NCBI GenBank assembly: GCA_038881595.1
Contig: JAVZPM010000001.1
Coordinates: forward strand, 224,001 to 288,000
Direction of reading: 5' to 3'
Length of the DNA: 64,000 nucleotides
DNA from: Candidatus Micrarchaeia archaeon
Lineage (GTDB): Archaea > Micrarchaeota > Micrarchaeia > CABMEP01
Made by a program: the position numbers and the translations under genes. Under the pieces are notes generated by a model that searched no databases, was not told the origin of the DNA, and worked only from the letters and a program-made list of their open reading frames with translations. This document shows, one piece after another, positions 47,461-56,060 of the stretch (position 1 is the stretch's first letter; each line of letters opens with the position of its first letter).

Positions 47461-48843
47461 TTATTGTTTTATTATCTGATAAATTCTGAATCTAGAATTA
47501 TTGGAACTTTTTATTTCTTTTATTTCATAGCCAGATAAACTTCCAAATTGATTTGGATAAAGAACCTTAAAGATATTCTTATTAGAATCAGACATAGGAT
47601 GTATATATCTGAAGTAAGAAGAGTCTGAAGAATTCAGGATAAGAAGCTTGAAGTATGAATCTTCAGCTCCGTTTATAATTATCCTGTTACTTAGGATGTT
47701 ACCTGCAGAGTCTGTTGGTATTAAAAGATAATCATGCTTGTAAGTCAGATAGGTTTGATAATATGTATCTCCTTGCCTTTGGATTCCAGCGAATGCAAAG
47801 GTTTCAAAAGTAACTGTAGCATTAACTAGTTTTGCATATTCCTTTGGATAATCAAGTATAAACGTATCAATTATAAGATAATCAAAGCTTGGGGTTCTGT
47901 TTGTGAACAAGAAAAGAAATGCTTCATTAGTTAAGACATTCTTTCCAGTTTCAACTGTGGATATTTTACTTATATTATTTCCATACACTGAAGCAAACGC
48001 AATTCTTCCATCCATGTCATTTATCAATGACAATATATTAACAGTATCTAGATCAACAGTTTGTTTGTTCAACATGCTTGCAATTGCATATTCTATTGAT
48101 ATCATTATGAGAGTTACAGTCAATAAATAAAGTAATGTATGCTTATTTTCGAATGCAAGCATTACAACTGCTATTACAAGACCTATCAAAATAGATAAAC
48201 CAATAGCACCTACTCCTGAGCCAAGTATTATCAAAGATATAACTGCAGCAATCGCACCACCAGCTATGGTGCTTAATATTCCCCTGTCTTTTATTTTATT
48301 TATTCTGCTGAATCCGTCTGCATTGAGTATGAATAAGACAGGTAGCGCGATGAGTGGCATGAAGAATGATGCAATTAATGCTGTAATTCCCGTAAATACA
48401 TATTTCATTTTTTTATCTGAATATAATACATAGATAGAAAGCAAAGACAAAGGAAGCAATGGAAGTATTTGATATATCTTTTCAAATCCGAATGAAGGAG
48501 TTGAAAAACCTCCCATCAATAGGAAAGTTAAATCTGATATTCCAACTGAGAAATTGTTTATGAATGCATATGAAGAGACCATTAGCAATGAAGATACGAA
48601 GACCGGAAGTTCGGATTGTTTGAAAACAACTCTTGATATAATATATACAATAAATGCAAAAACAATACCTATGAAAAGAGATAGATTAGATACCTCAATC
48701 ATCTTTTCCTTTCCCATGTTTAGACTTGAAGCTCGTTCATAAGTCAAAACACCAGGGTTAGAAACTAACCCTAATAAGAAATAGGTATATAATAATATTA
48801 TAACGAGATTCAAAACATCTTTCTTTGTAAATATGTTCTGCAT
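47461..48843 (-). CDS. Multi-pass membrane protein with C-terminal soluble domain (GT-C/AglB-like architecture, no catalytic motif seen)
   Basis: Roughly 9-10 hydrophobic segments, then a polar domain with DYLIID and terminal RIYQI; no WWDYG. Confidence 0.55.
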   Translation of the reverse strand: MQNIFTKKDVLNLVIILLYTYFLLGLVSNPGVLTYERASSLNMGKEKMIEVSNLSLFIGIVFAFIVYIISRVVFKQSELPVFVSSLLMVSSYAFINNFSVGISDLTFLLMGGFSTPSFGFEKIYQILPLLPLSLLSIYVLYSDKKMKYVFTGITALIASFFMPLIALPVLFILNADGFSRINKIKDRGILSTIAGGAIAAVISLIILGSGVGAIGLSILIGLVIAVVMLAFENKHTLLYLLTVTLIMISIEYAIASMLNKQTVDLDTVNILSLINDMDGRIAFASVYGNNISKISTVETGKNVLTNEAFLFLFTNRTPSFDYLIIDTFILDYPKEYAKLVNATVTFETFAFAGIQRQGDTYYQTYLTYKHDYLLIPTDSAGNILSNRIIINGAEDSYFKLLILNSSDSSYFRYIHPMSDSNKNIFKVLYPNQFGSLSGYEIKEIKSSNNSRFRIYQIIKQ

Positions 48844-48884
48844 TCAATCATCATTGTTTTTTTGCAATAGAATAAGAATGATAA

Positions 48885-49001
48885 TGTCAGCAGCAATGCA
48901 TCTTCCCCTCCGACAGGAGAGTACAAATAACATCGTGAACCGGCTTAGCTTCCGAGTTCGGAATGGGATCGGGCGTTTCCCGGTTCCTATGGCCGCTGAC
49001 A
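48885..49001 (-). rRNA. rrf: 5S rRNA (unlinked)
   Basis: Minus strand GTCAGCGGCCATAG...CCCGATCCCATTCCGAACTCGGAAGCTAAGCC...TTGCTGCTGAC; terminal helix pairs; conserved CCGAAC. Confidence 0.95.
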
Positions 49002-49084
49002 ATATAATATAGTGTGTAATATATTTAAATGTTTCTGAAATATTATAGCTATAAAGCAAACTGTTTTTATTTGAAGGTGAGGTT

Positions 49085-49921
49085 ATTTCAAAAATAATAA
49101 GGTATGGAAAGGATCTTGCTATAATCATACCAGAAGAATTAGTAAAAAAGCTTGATCTAAGACCAGACACACCTATTAGAATTTATGAGATAACCGCGGG
49201 AACTATAGCAATCGAAAAAGTAAAACTCCTTCCTTTATCTGAATCAGACATCAACATTTTGAATAAGCTTCTTCAGATTAAATTCGAAGAAAGAACTCCT
49301 GAGGTTGTAAGAAAATCATTCTCTCAAGAAGAATTGAAACTACTTGACGAACTTGTGAAGAAACACCTTGTGAATATTTACTATGGTGGGAAATATCTAA
49401 AGACAGGTGTTTATCAAGTTCCTAACCTTGTTTACAGACAGCTTCTTGAAAAGAGGCAAGAGACAGCCAAACCAAAGGAAGGTATGGAAGAGAAAGAGCA
49501 AATTTCTCAACCAAAGGAGCAAGAAAAACAGAAGAAAGAATCAAAAGAAAAGAAAGAACAGAAAGAGTTCAAAAAAGAGGAGACGGACCCAATAAAAAGA
49601 CTGAATAAGAATGGCTATCTTGTTCTTCAATCCGAAGCAGATGCAAGAGAGATCTCAAAGCTTCTTGAGGATAAAATTCAGCAAAATCAAGTTACAGGAA
49701 TAAGAGGATTCGATAAAAAATACTATCTTGTTAAGAATTCTTTTGTTCTTAAATTTCAATCCAAGATAAAATCAGTATTGAAATCTGGCCCTAAACAGGC
49801 TGACAAAATAGCTGAAGCATTAGGCATAGAAGAAGAGGCAGCAATCGCACTTCTCACAGTTTTAAGAGAAGAAGGAGAAATAATAGAAAAAAGAAAGGGA
49901 ACTTTTTCCTTGATAGATTGA
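49085..49921 (+). CDS. AbrB/MazE/SpoVT-domain protein with C-terminal winged HTH; probable non-canonical start
   Basis: Frame of the 49259 ORF is open back to TAA at 49052 and encodes SKIIRYGKDLAIIIPEELVKKLDL; C-terminal IAEALGI...LTVLREEGEIIEKRKG.F. Confidence 0.7.
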   Translation: MSKIIRYGKDLAIIIPEELVKKLDLRPDTPIRIYEITAGTIAIEKVKLLPLSESDINILNKLLQIKFEERTPEVVRKSFSQEELKLLDELVKKHLVNIYYGGKYLKTGVYQVPNLVYRQLLEKRQETAKPKEGMEEKEQISQPKEQEKQKKESKEKKEQKEFKKEETDPIKRLNKNGYLVLQSEADAREISKLLEDKIQQNQVTGIRGFDKKYYLVKNSFVLKFQSKIKSVLKSGPKQADKIAEALGIEEEAAIALLTVLREEGEIIEKRKGTFSLID

Positions 49922-50089
49922 TTATATCTTGCCAGTAGTTATGTATCTTAAAACAAGAATAGCCACTATAAAAATAGCAGTTATAGCTATTACTATCCCT
50001 GGTTTAAGTTTTATTCCTCCACCTTCTGCTTCATAGAATCTAAATATTCCTGCAGAACCTGCTGGGGTGGATACTGTTTGTTTTGCCAT
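49922..50089 (-). CDS. secG: Preprotein translocase subunit Sec61beta/SecG
   Basis: P..SAGIFRFYE.....IKLKP followed by a single TM; start MAKQ. Confidence 0.9.
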   Translation of the reverse strand: MAKQTVSTPAGSAGIFRFYEAEGGGIKLKPGIVIAITAIFIVAILVLRYITTGKI

Positions 50090-50170
50090 AATAATCACTA
50101 TATTATCTATAAAATTTGTAATTATATTATACATCGTCAAGTTTATTAATTATTACGTTCATTTAATTTT

Positions 50171-51244
50171 ATGAAGCTTTTCTATGAAAGTGATTCCTCC
50201 ATATTCAAGAATGAGAATGCATTAAGCCTTGAGTATTTGCCACCAGAGATGCCTGAAAGAGAGATACAGTTAAAGGAGTTGGCATCGGCAGTTTCAGCAG
50301 CTTCAAAAGGAAAGAGAGGAAGAAACATACTAATAACAGGTCCAACAGGAAGCGGAAAAACAAGTTGTACAAAGTATGTTTTAAACCAACTTACAGAGTT
50401 CAGTAGAACACCTATAGCAATATACATCAACTGCTGGAACTTTACAACTTCAAACGCAGTGCTTTCTGAGATTGCAGAGAGGCTTAAGCTACCTCTTCCA
50501 AGAAGGGGAATAGCATTTGATGAAATCTTCAAGAGAATAAAAGAATATCTAGTTCTAAATAACAAGATTCTAATTGTAGTTCTTGATGAGGTTGATAGGC
50601 TGATAGCAAATAATTCAACTGAAATATTATATTATCTAAGCAGAGGAGATGAGCTTGCAAATGGCAGGGTTTCTGTAATCGTTATAAGCAATGACGACGA
50701 AATTGCTGCAAAACTTGATGACAGAATAAGATCATCTTTATTGGAGTCTAGGATTAAATTTGAGAAATATAATGCATTTCAGCTCAAAAAGATTTTGATG
50801 GAAAGGGCAAAGCTGGCGTTTTTCTCTTCTGCAATAAGCGAAGAGGCAGTCGCACTTTGTGCAGCAAATGCAGCAAAGCAAGGAGGAGATGCAAGAGTTG
50901 GCATTTCACTTCTTTATCAGGCAGGATTGAATGCAGAAAGAGAAGGTTCAAAGAAACTTTTATTGAAGCATGTTAAGCTTGCACTAGAAGAGGTAAAGCA
51001 AGAAACAGACTTTATAGCAAGGCATTTTGATTCTCTTTCAGATCCAGAGAAAAGAATCGTCAATCTTCTTTTATCAGGTCCTCTTACAAGTGGACAGATA
51101 TATGAAAAGCTCTCAGATCTTGGTTTAAGCAACAGGATGCTTCAATTCTACATAACAAAGCTTGAGGAATCAGGCATACTAACTTCAGAAGAGATAGATG
51201 TCAAACCTAAGGGAAGAACAAAATTAATATCTATAAGAAAATAA
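50171..51244 (+). CDS. cdc6: Orc1/Cdc6 family AAA+ ATPase
   Basis: YLP...PERE, GPTGSGKT, YINC, VLDEVD, LDDRIRSSL, GDAR; C-terminal wHTH. Confidence 0.95.
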   Translation: MKLFYESDSSIFKNENALSLEYLPPEMPEREIQLKELASAVSAASKGKRGRNILITGPTGSGKTSCTKYVLNQLTEFSRTPIAIYINCWNFTTSNAVLSEIAERLKLPLPRRGIAFDEIFKRIKEYLVLNNKILIVVLDEVDRLIANNSTEILYYLSRGDELANGRVSVIVISNDDEIAAKLDDRIRSSLLESRIKFEKYNAFQLKKILMERAKLAFFSSAISEEAVALCAANAAKQGGDARVGISLLYQAGLNAEREGSKKLLLKHVKLALEEVKQETDFIARHFDSLSDPEKRIVNLLLSGPLTSGQIYEKLSDLGLSNRMLQFYITKLEESGILTSEEIDVKPKGRTKLISIRK

Positions 51245-51406
51245 AAGTATACTGTAATTCTTAATGGAAAAAGTTTCTTAATTTTGAATCCGACGTTAAT
51301 TCGGAGCTGTTTTTCTTATAAGATGCAATAAAACCTATATCACCGGAAATTTACCCTTCCAACTAGTATTTAAATAGCCTTTGAGATTCTGTTTCGGTGA
51401 TGAAAT

Positions 51407-51580
51407 ATGATAATGGATATAACAAATATAAGATTGGATGAAGTTAGTGCCATAATGTCAAAAATGGACAAGTTAGGTATGTCTTCAAAAATAGAGAGAA
51501 AAGATGGCAGATTCCTTCTTGTTTTGAATGAAAAAAACGAGAAAAAAGAAGTTAAACCTCCGACTCTTTTAGATTGGTAA
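51407..51580 (+). CDS. 57-aa hypothetical protein with PIP-box-like C-terminus (not in ORF track)
   Basis: TTTAAATA at 51369, GGTGA at 51396-51400; translation MIMDITNIRLDEVSAIMSKMDKLGMSSKIERKDGRFLLVLNEKNEKKEVKPPTLLDW. Confidence 0.65.
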   Translation: MIMDITNIRLDEVSAIMSKMDKLGMSSKIERKDGRFLLVLNEKNEKKEVKPPTLLDW

Positions 51581-51669
51581 TTAATAATATGTGGTTTTTA
51601 ATCACCATTCCTGCAGTCGCCTCATCTATTTTTATTTATAATCGATGTTAATTATGATAATAGATATTT

Positions 51670-52752
51670 ATGAAAACTGGCTATACAGACCTTCCATTGC
51701 ATTATGGAAATGCACCAAAATGGCTTTTTTCTAGGATGGTTGAGTTAAGCAGAATTGTTTATGTAGCGATTGAAAGAGAATATGGGAAAGACGAATTTTT
51801 GAAAAGAATGTCAGATCCATTCTGGTTTCAATGTCTTGCATGTGTTCTTGGTTTTGATTTTCATAGTTCAGGAACCACTACTGTAACATGTGGAGCATTG
51901 AAGGAAGCATTGTCTATAGAAGAACACGGAATAGAATTTTTGGGTGGAAAGGGAAAGTCTGCAATAAATGTAAAAGAAGAAATCAATCATTTAGCAGAGA
52001 GAATAAATATTTCACAAAATAAATTGGACTTACTTCTTTATGCAAGCAAGATCTCTGCAAAGGTTGATAACTCATTAATTCAGGATGGATATCAGCTATA
52101 TCATCATTCCTTTATAGTTACAGAAGATGGAAGATGGGCAGTTATACAGCAGGGTTTGAATAGCGATACTAGGTATGCAAGAAGATACCATTGGCTTGAT
52201 GAAAAGGTATCTGATTTTGTCGTAGAACCACATGCAGCAATATGTTGTGATGAACGAAAAAAGTGCTTGAATCTAACTGCTTTTGAAAGTGAAGAATCTA
52301 GAAGATCAATAGTCGATCTTGCAAAAGAAGCACCAGGAAGATTAATTGCAAAGACAAAGGATCTAAAACAAACTACTCTTTTAGAATATGGATTTACAAT
52401 GCAGTCTAGGCATGAAATTGATTTGCATTTGTATCAAAGACTTATGGATTTGAATGAATTCAATCCATCTAAATTCGAAGAGATTATAACCTATCCAGGA
52501 GTTGGTCCAAAAACAATCAGAGCCTTGGCATTGCTAAGCGAACTGATATATGGTTCGAAACCTTCTTGGAGAGATCCAGTAAAATATTCATTTGCATTAG
52601 GCGGGAAGGACGGATATCCGTATCCTGTAGACAGAAAAACTTATGACAATACAATAGAATTCCTAAATGATGCAATATCTAATTCCAACCTAAGTGAAAA
52701 AGAAAAACTGAACGCTATGAAAAGATTAAATAATTTATATACCAATCTATGA
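51670..52752 (+). CDS. DUF763 family protein
   Basis: LPLHYG.AP.WL, SDPFWFQ..ACVLGFDFHSSGTTT, AKVD..L.QDGY.LYHH, ARRYHW, GVGPKTIRAL, GGKDG.PYPV. Confidence 0.95.
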   Translation: MKTGYTDLPLHYGNAPKWLFSRMVELSRIVYVAIEREYGKDEFLKRMSDPFWFQCLACVLGFDFHSSGTTTVTCGALKEALSIEEHGIEFLGGKGKSAINVKEEINHLAERINISQNKLDLLLYASKISAKVDNSLIQDGYQLYHHSFIVTEDGRWAVIQQGLNSDTRYARRYHWLDEKVSDFVVEPHAAICCDERKKCLNLTAFESEESRRSIVDLAKEAPGRLIAKTKDLKQTTLLEYGFTMQSRHEIDLHLYQRLMDLNEFNPSKFEEIITYPGVGPKTIRALALLSELIYGSKPSWRDPVKYSFALGGKDGYPYPVDRKTYDNTIEFLNDAISNSNLSEKEKLNAMKRLNNLYTNL

Positions 52753-52832
52753 AATAAGGTAAACACTACAAAGAAAGATATTTAACTAACATGAATTGAG
52801 GGATAGGACATAAAAATAAGCAAGGTGCGGTC

Positions 52833-53114
52833 ATGTTCGAATTAGCAGGCATAATTGGAATGATATTAATCGTTTTAGCTTGGATACCCCAAACATTAAG
52901 AACGATCAAGACGAAAAGAGTTGGGATCGAGCCAATGTTTCTTTGGTTTTATTTATTTGGCTGTATCGGTCTGATTATATATTCCATTTACATTAACGAT
53001 CCGATCTTTATAGGTTTGAATTCGATATCTTTCTTACTCAATTTAATCAATGTTTATTATTATAGAATGGGTGAAACTTCAAATCAGTTAAAAAAAGGAT
53101 TGAAAAATAGATAA
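52833..53114 (+). CDS. PQ-loop/SemiSWEET-like small transporter
   Basis: AWIPQTLRTIKTK PQ motif; three TM; DPIFI.LN. Confidence 0.8.
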   Translation: MFELAGIIGMILIVLAWIPQTLRTIKTKRVGIEPMFLWFYLFGCIGLIIYSIYINDPIFIGLNSISFLLNLINVYYYRMGETSNQLKKGLKNR

Positions 53115-53219
53115 TATAATAGTCTTATAGCAAGATATTTTCATCAAGCATAGGTATTTTTATATCTTTATGATGAATATATAATATCGTTTTTTTAAAC
53201 TAAAAAGGACGTTGATTTT

Positions 53220-53612
53220 ATGAAGATTGTTATATCGTATAAAGAAAACTCATATCAAACAGAGATTCCAAAGGAGAAGGAAGCACATCTTTACGGAATA
53301 AAGATTGGGGACCAAATAGATGGGTCTCTGATAGGAGCTGCAGGTTACACTCTAAAACTTAGGGGCGGTTCAGACAAAGATGGATTTCCTATGAAAGCTG
53401 ATTTATTAGGGGGTGGAAGAAAAAGCATTCTTCTATCTCCAGGAGTAGGTTTTCCAAAAGGCAAGAAAGGAGAAAGAGTAAGAAGATTAGTGAGAGGAAA
53501 CACGGTAACTGAATCAATAGCACAACTAAATTTTGTTGTAGTAAAAGAGGGACCCACTCCTTTAGATCAACTATTCCCAAGAAAAGAAAAGAAAGAGGAA
53601 AAGAAGGAATAG
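53220..53612 (+). CDS. rps6e: 30S ribosomal protein S6e
   Basis: GIKIGD, GGSDKDGFPM, GERVRRLVRGN, QLN. Confidence 0.97.
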   Translation: MKIVISYKENSYQTEIPKEKEAHLYGIKIGDQIDGSLIGAAGYTLKLRGGSDKDGFPMKADLLGGGRKSILLSPGVGFPKGKKGERVRRLVRGNTVTESIAQLNFVVVKEGPTPLDQLFPRKEKKEEKKE

Positions 53613-53660
53613 TTGTTAATTTTTTTATTTAAATTATTTTATTATATTTATGGTGTAGAA

Positions 53661-54854
53661 ATGCAGGCAGAGCTTAATATAGGACTTCTTGGACATGTAG
53701 ATCATGGAAAGACAAGCATTACAAAGATGCTTACTGGTACATGGACAGATGTCCATAGTATGGAAGTAAAGAGAGGAATCACCATAAAATTAGGATATGC
53801 TGAAATGACAACTAAGAAATGCGAAAAATGTGATTTTTACACTACTTCTGATAAATGCCCAAAATGTGAAGGAAAAACAATTCCACTGAGGAAAATTTCA
53901 TTTGTGGACGCTCCAGGCCATGAAACTTTAATGGCCACAGTAATTTCAGCATCATCCATACTCGATGGCGCATTGCTAATAATTGCTGCAAATGAACCAT
54001 GTCCACAACCACAGACAAAAGAGCACAAAATGGTGCTTGAGATATTAGGTGTAAAAAATCTTGTAGTGGTGCAGAACAAGATAGATCTTGTTTCAAAGGA
54101 AAAGGCAAAGGAACATTATAAGCAAATAAAGGAATTTCTTAAGGGTTCAATTTATGAGAATGCCCCAATTATTCCAGTAGCAGCGAATTATAATGCAAAT
54201 TTAGATGTTCTTCTTAGAGCAATAGAAGAGTATATTCCAACTCCAAAAAGAGACAAATCAGAGAAACCTCTTTTCTTTGTTGCCCGTTCATTTGATGTTA
54301 ATAAGCCAGGTACACCTATAGATAAACTTGTCGGAGGAGTTGTAGGTGGATCAATAGTTTCTGGAACACTAAAAGTTGGAGATGAGATAGAATTAGCACC
54401 TGGAATAGTTAGGATTTCAAAGACAAATCCAGAAATAATAAAGACAAAGATAGTAGCAATGTTCGCAGGTCAATCAAAATTGAGCGAGGCAGGCCCTGGA
54501 GGACTTGTCGCCATTCAGACAGATCTTGATCCTTCTTTAGCAAAGGCGGATGGGTTAATAGGTAATGTTATAAGCACTGTTGGAAATCTCCCACCATTGC
54601 ATAATTCGCTGAAAATTGAATATTCGTTGTTAAGTCGTGTAGATTATGAAAATTCAAGCATTAAAGAAGGTGAAATGATTGTAATTTCAGCAGGAACTGC
54701 TACTACACTAGGCGTTGCTCAAAAGGTAAAGAAAAATAAAATGGAAGTTGTGCTTAAGAGACCAATAGCGGCACCTATCGGCTCAAAAATAGCAATATCG
54801 AGAAGGGTTAATCAAAGGTGGCGACTTGCAGGCGCAGGTAAAATTCTAGAATGA
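53661..54854 (+). CDS. eif2g: Translation initiation factor aIF2 gamma subunit
   Basis: NIGLLGHVDHGKT, RGITIKLGYA, DAPGHE, PCPQPQT.EH, QNKID, RSFDVNKPG, WRLAG. Confidence 0.98.
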   Translation: MQAELNIGLLGHVDHGKTSITKMLTGTWTDVHSMEVKRGITIKLGYAEMTTKKCEKCDFYTTSDKCPKCEGKTIPLRKISFVDAPGHETLMATVISASSILDGALLIIAANEPCPQPQTKEHKMVLEILGVKNLVVVQNKIDLVSKEKAKEHYKQIKEFLKGSIYENAPIIPVAANYNANLDVLLRAIEEYIPTPKRDKSEKPLFFVARSFDVNKPGTPIDKLVGGVVGGSIVSGTLKVGDEIELAPGIVRISKTNPEIIKTKIVAMFAGQSKLSEAGPGGLVAIQTDLDPSLAKADGLIGNVISTVGNLPPLHNSLKIEYSLLSRVDYENSSIKEGEMIVISAGTATTLGVAQKVKKNKMEVVLKRPIAAPIGSKIAISRRVNQRWRLAGAGKILE

Positions 54855-54917
54855 TTCTAGAATGAGGATTTTATTAATAAAAAAATAAAATTAAAAATAA
54901 AAACAAGAAAAAGAAAA

Positions 54918-55100
54918 TTAATTCTTATTTTCAGTTTGGATCTTTGTTCTAGTCCATTTAAGTTTAGTGGGTTTTCGTTTAAGGTTTAGCATATTTTTCA
55001 TGCATTTTCCTGAATCAAAATAAAACATAGTGCCGTCAGTTTTTACATATACTAATCCAGATCCTTTCTTTATCTCTTTATTGCAGAATGAACACTTCAT
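54918..55100 (-). CDS. rpl24e: 50S ribosomal protein L24e
   Basis: CSFC..EI..GSG..YVK.DG, KC, RKP.KLKWT. Confidence 0.96.
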   Translation of the reverse strand: MKCSFCNKEIKKGSGLVYVKTDGTMFYFDSGKCMKNMLNLKRKPTKLKWTRTKIQTENKN

Positions 55101-55131
55101 AATAACACCTATAATTCAATTGCAATAATTA

Positions 55132-55440
55132 TTACTTGCTCTTGATCTGCTTTGCCTCTCTTTCTGTATCAACAAGAAGTAATATGTCTCCTACTTTAAC
55201 CTGACCCTTAACATTTCTTCTTATAACTCTTCCTTTATCTCTACCATCTAATATTCTGCACATCACTTGTCTAACCTCCCCACAAGTTCCAGTTTTCCCT
55301 ATTAGTTCTATAACTTCCCCTCTGTATCCATTAAGCTGTTGTTGTTCAGTTTGGCTTTGTTGGACCTCTTGCTTTGTGGATGGTGAGGTTTCTTTCTTTT
55401 TTGTTTCTTTTTTACCCTCAGCTTTCTTTTCTTCTGCCAT
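55132..55440 (-). CDS. rps28e: 30S ribosomal protein S28e with N-terminal extension
   Basis: [30 protein letters not shown]...EREA. Confidence 0.96.
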   Translation of the reverse strand: MAEEKKAEGKKETKKKETSPSTKQEVQQSQTEQQQLNGYRGEVIELIGKTGTCGEVRQVMCRILDGRDKGRVIRRNVKGQVKVGDILLLVDTEREAKQIKSK

Positions 55441-55462
55441 TAATATCACCTTAACATATCAA

Positions 55463-55912
55463 TTATTCTTTTTTCTTTCCTTTCTTTTCCTTAGCAAGTT
55501 TTGTAGGTTTCTGTTCTTTTTCTTCCTTCTTTTCTTCTTTTACAGAAGCTGGCATTTTCTGACCGAGCTTTACTACAATATCTTCAATTTCTCCTTTTGC
55601 TCCACCAAGATCTTCTATTGCTATTGCTGCACAACTTACATTTATTCCAGCAGCCTTTCCAAGTTCTGCTTTTGTTGGAACATATACGAAAGGAATTCCT
55701 TTTTCTTCGCAAAGAATTGGAAGGTGCATTACAATTTCTTCTGGATTAACATCAGCTGCTATTACAACTATCTTTGCCTTTCCAGATTCTATAGACTTTG
55801 TTGTCTCATTAGCACCTTTTCTTATCTTTCCAGTATCTTTTGCAACGCTCACAGCGTTGATTATTCTGTCTGATATTTCTTTTGGTACTTCAAATTTAAC
55901 ATAGCTTGCCAT
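55463..55912 (-). CDS. rpl7ae: 50S ribosomal protein L7Ae
   Basis: YVKFEVP, GKIRKGANETTK, VNPEEIVMHLP.LCEEK, LGKAAG. Confidence 0.98.
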   Translation of the reverse strand: MASYVKFEVPKEISDRIINAVSVAKDTGKIRKGANETTKSIESGKAKIVVIAADVNPEEIVMHLPILCEEKGIPFVYVPTKAELGKAAGINVSCAAIAIEDLGGAKGEIEDIVVKLGQKMPASVKEEKKEEKEQKPTKLAKEKKGKKKE

Positions 55913-55928
55913 ACTCTCACACCTCTTA

Positions 55929-55976
55929 GTTCATAGAGTATGCATAGTGCATACTTGCATCAAAATGCAATAGAAC
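55929..55976 (-). promoter_or_regulatory. Structured 5' leader of the L7Ae operon (two hairpins closed by a short stem)
   Basis: GTTC-TA-[TTGCAT-TTTG-ATGCAA]-[GTATGCA-CTA-TGCATAC]-TCTAT-GAAC just before the GAGGTGTGA RBS. Confidence 0.55.
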
Positions 55977-56060
55977 AAATAGATAAATATATTATGTGTT
56001 AATCATTTATAATCTTTGCTGTTTTATACTCTCCTGCTCAATTTAAAGATACTAGAAATA

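Noticed and set aside
26780..48843. Integrated conjugative element or provirus as the explanation for the envelope locus
   Set aside because: No integrase, relaxase, VirB4/VirD4, capsid or terminase gene, and no att-like direct repeats noticed.
48844..49170. 108-aa minus-strand ORF
   Set aside because: It overlaps the 5S rRNA and the antisense of the AbrB domain; spurious.
51245..51400. Replication origin next to cdc6
   Set aside because: Only weak fragments (CACCGGAAAT, a short TCCGA/TCGGA dyad) and no repeated ORB boxes; cannot be supported, though not excluded.
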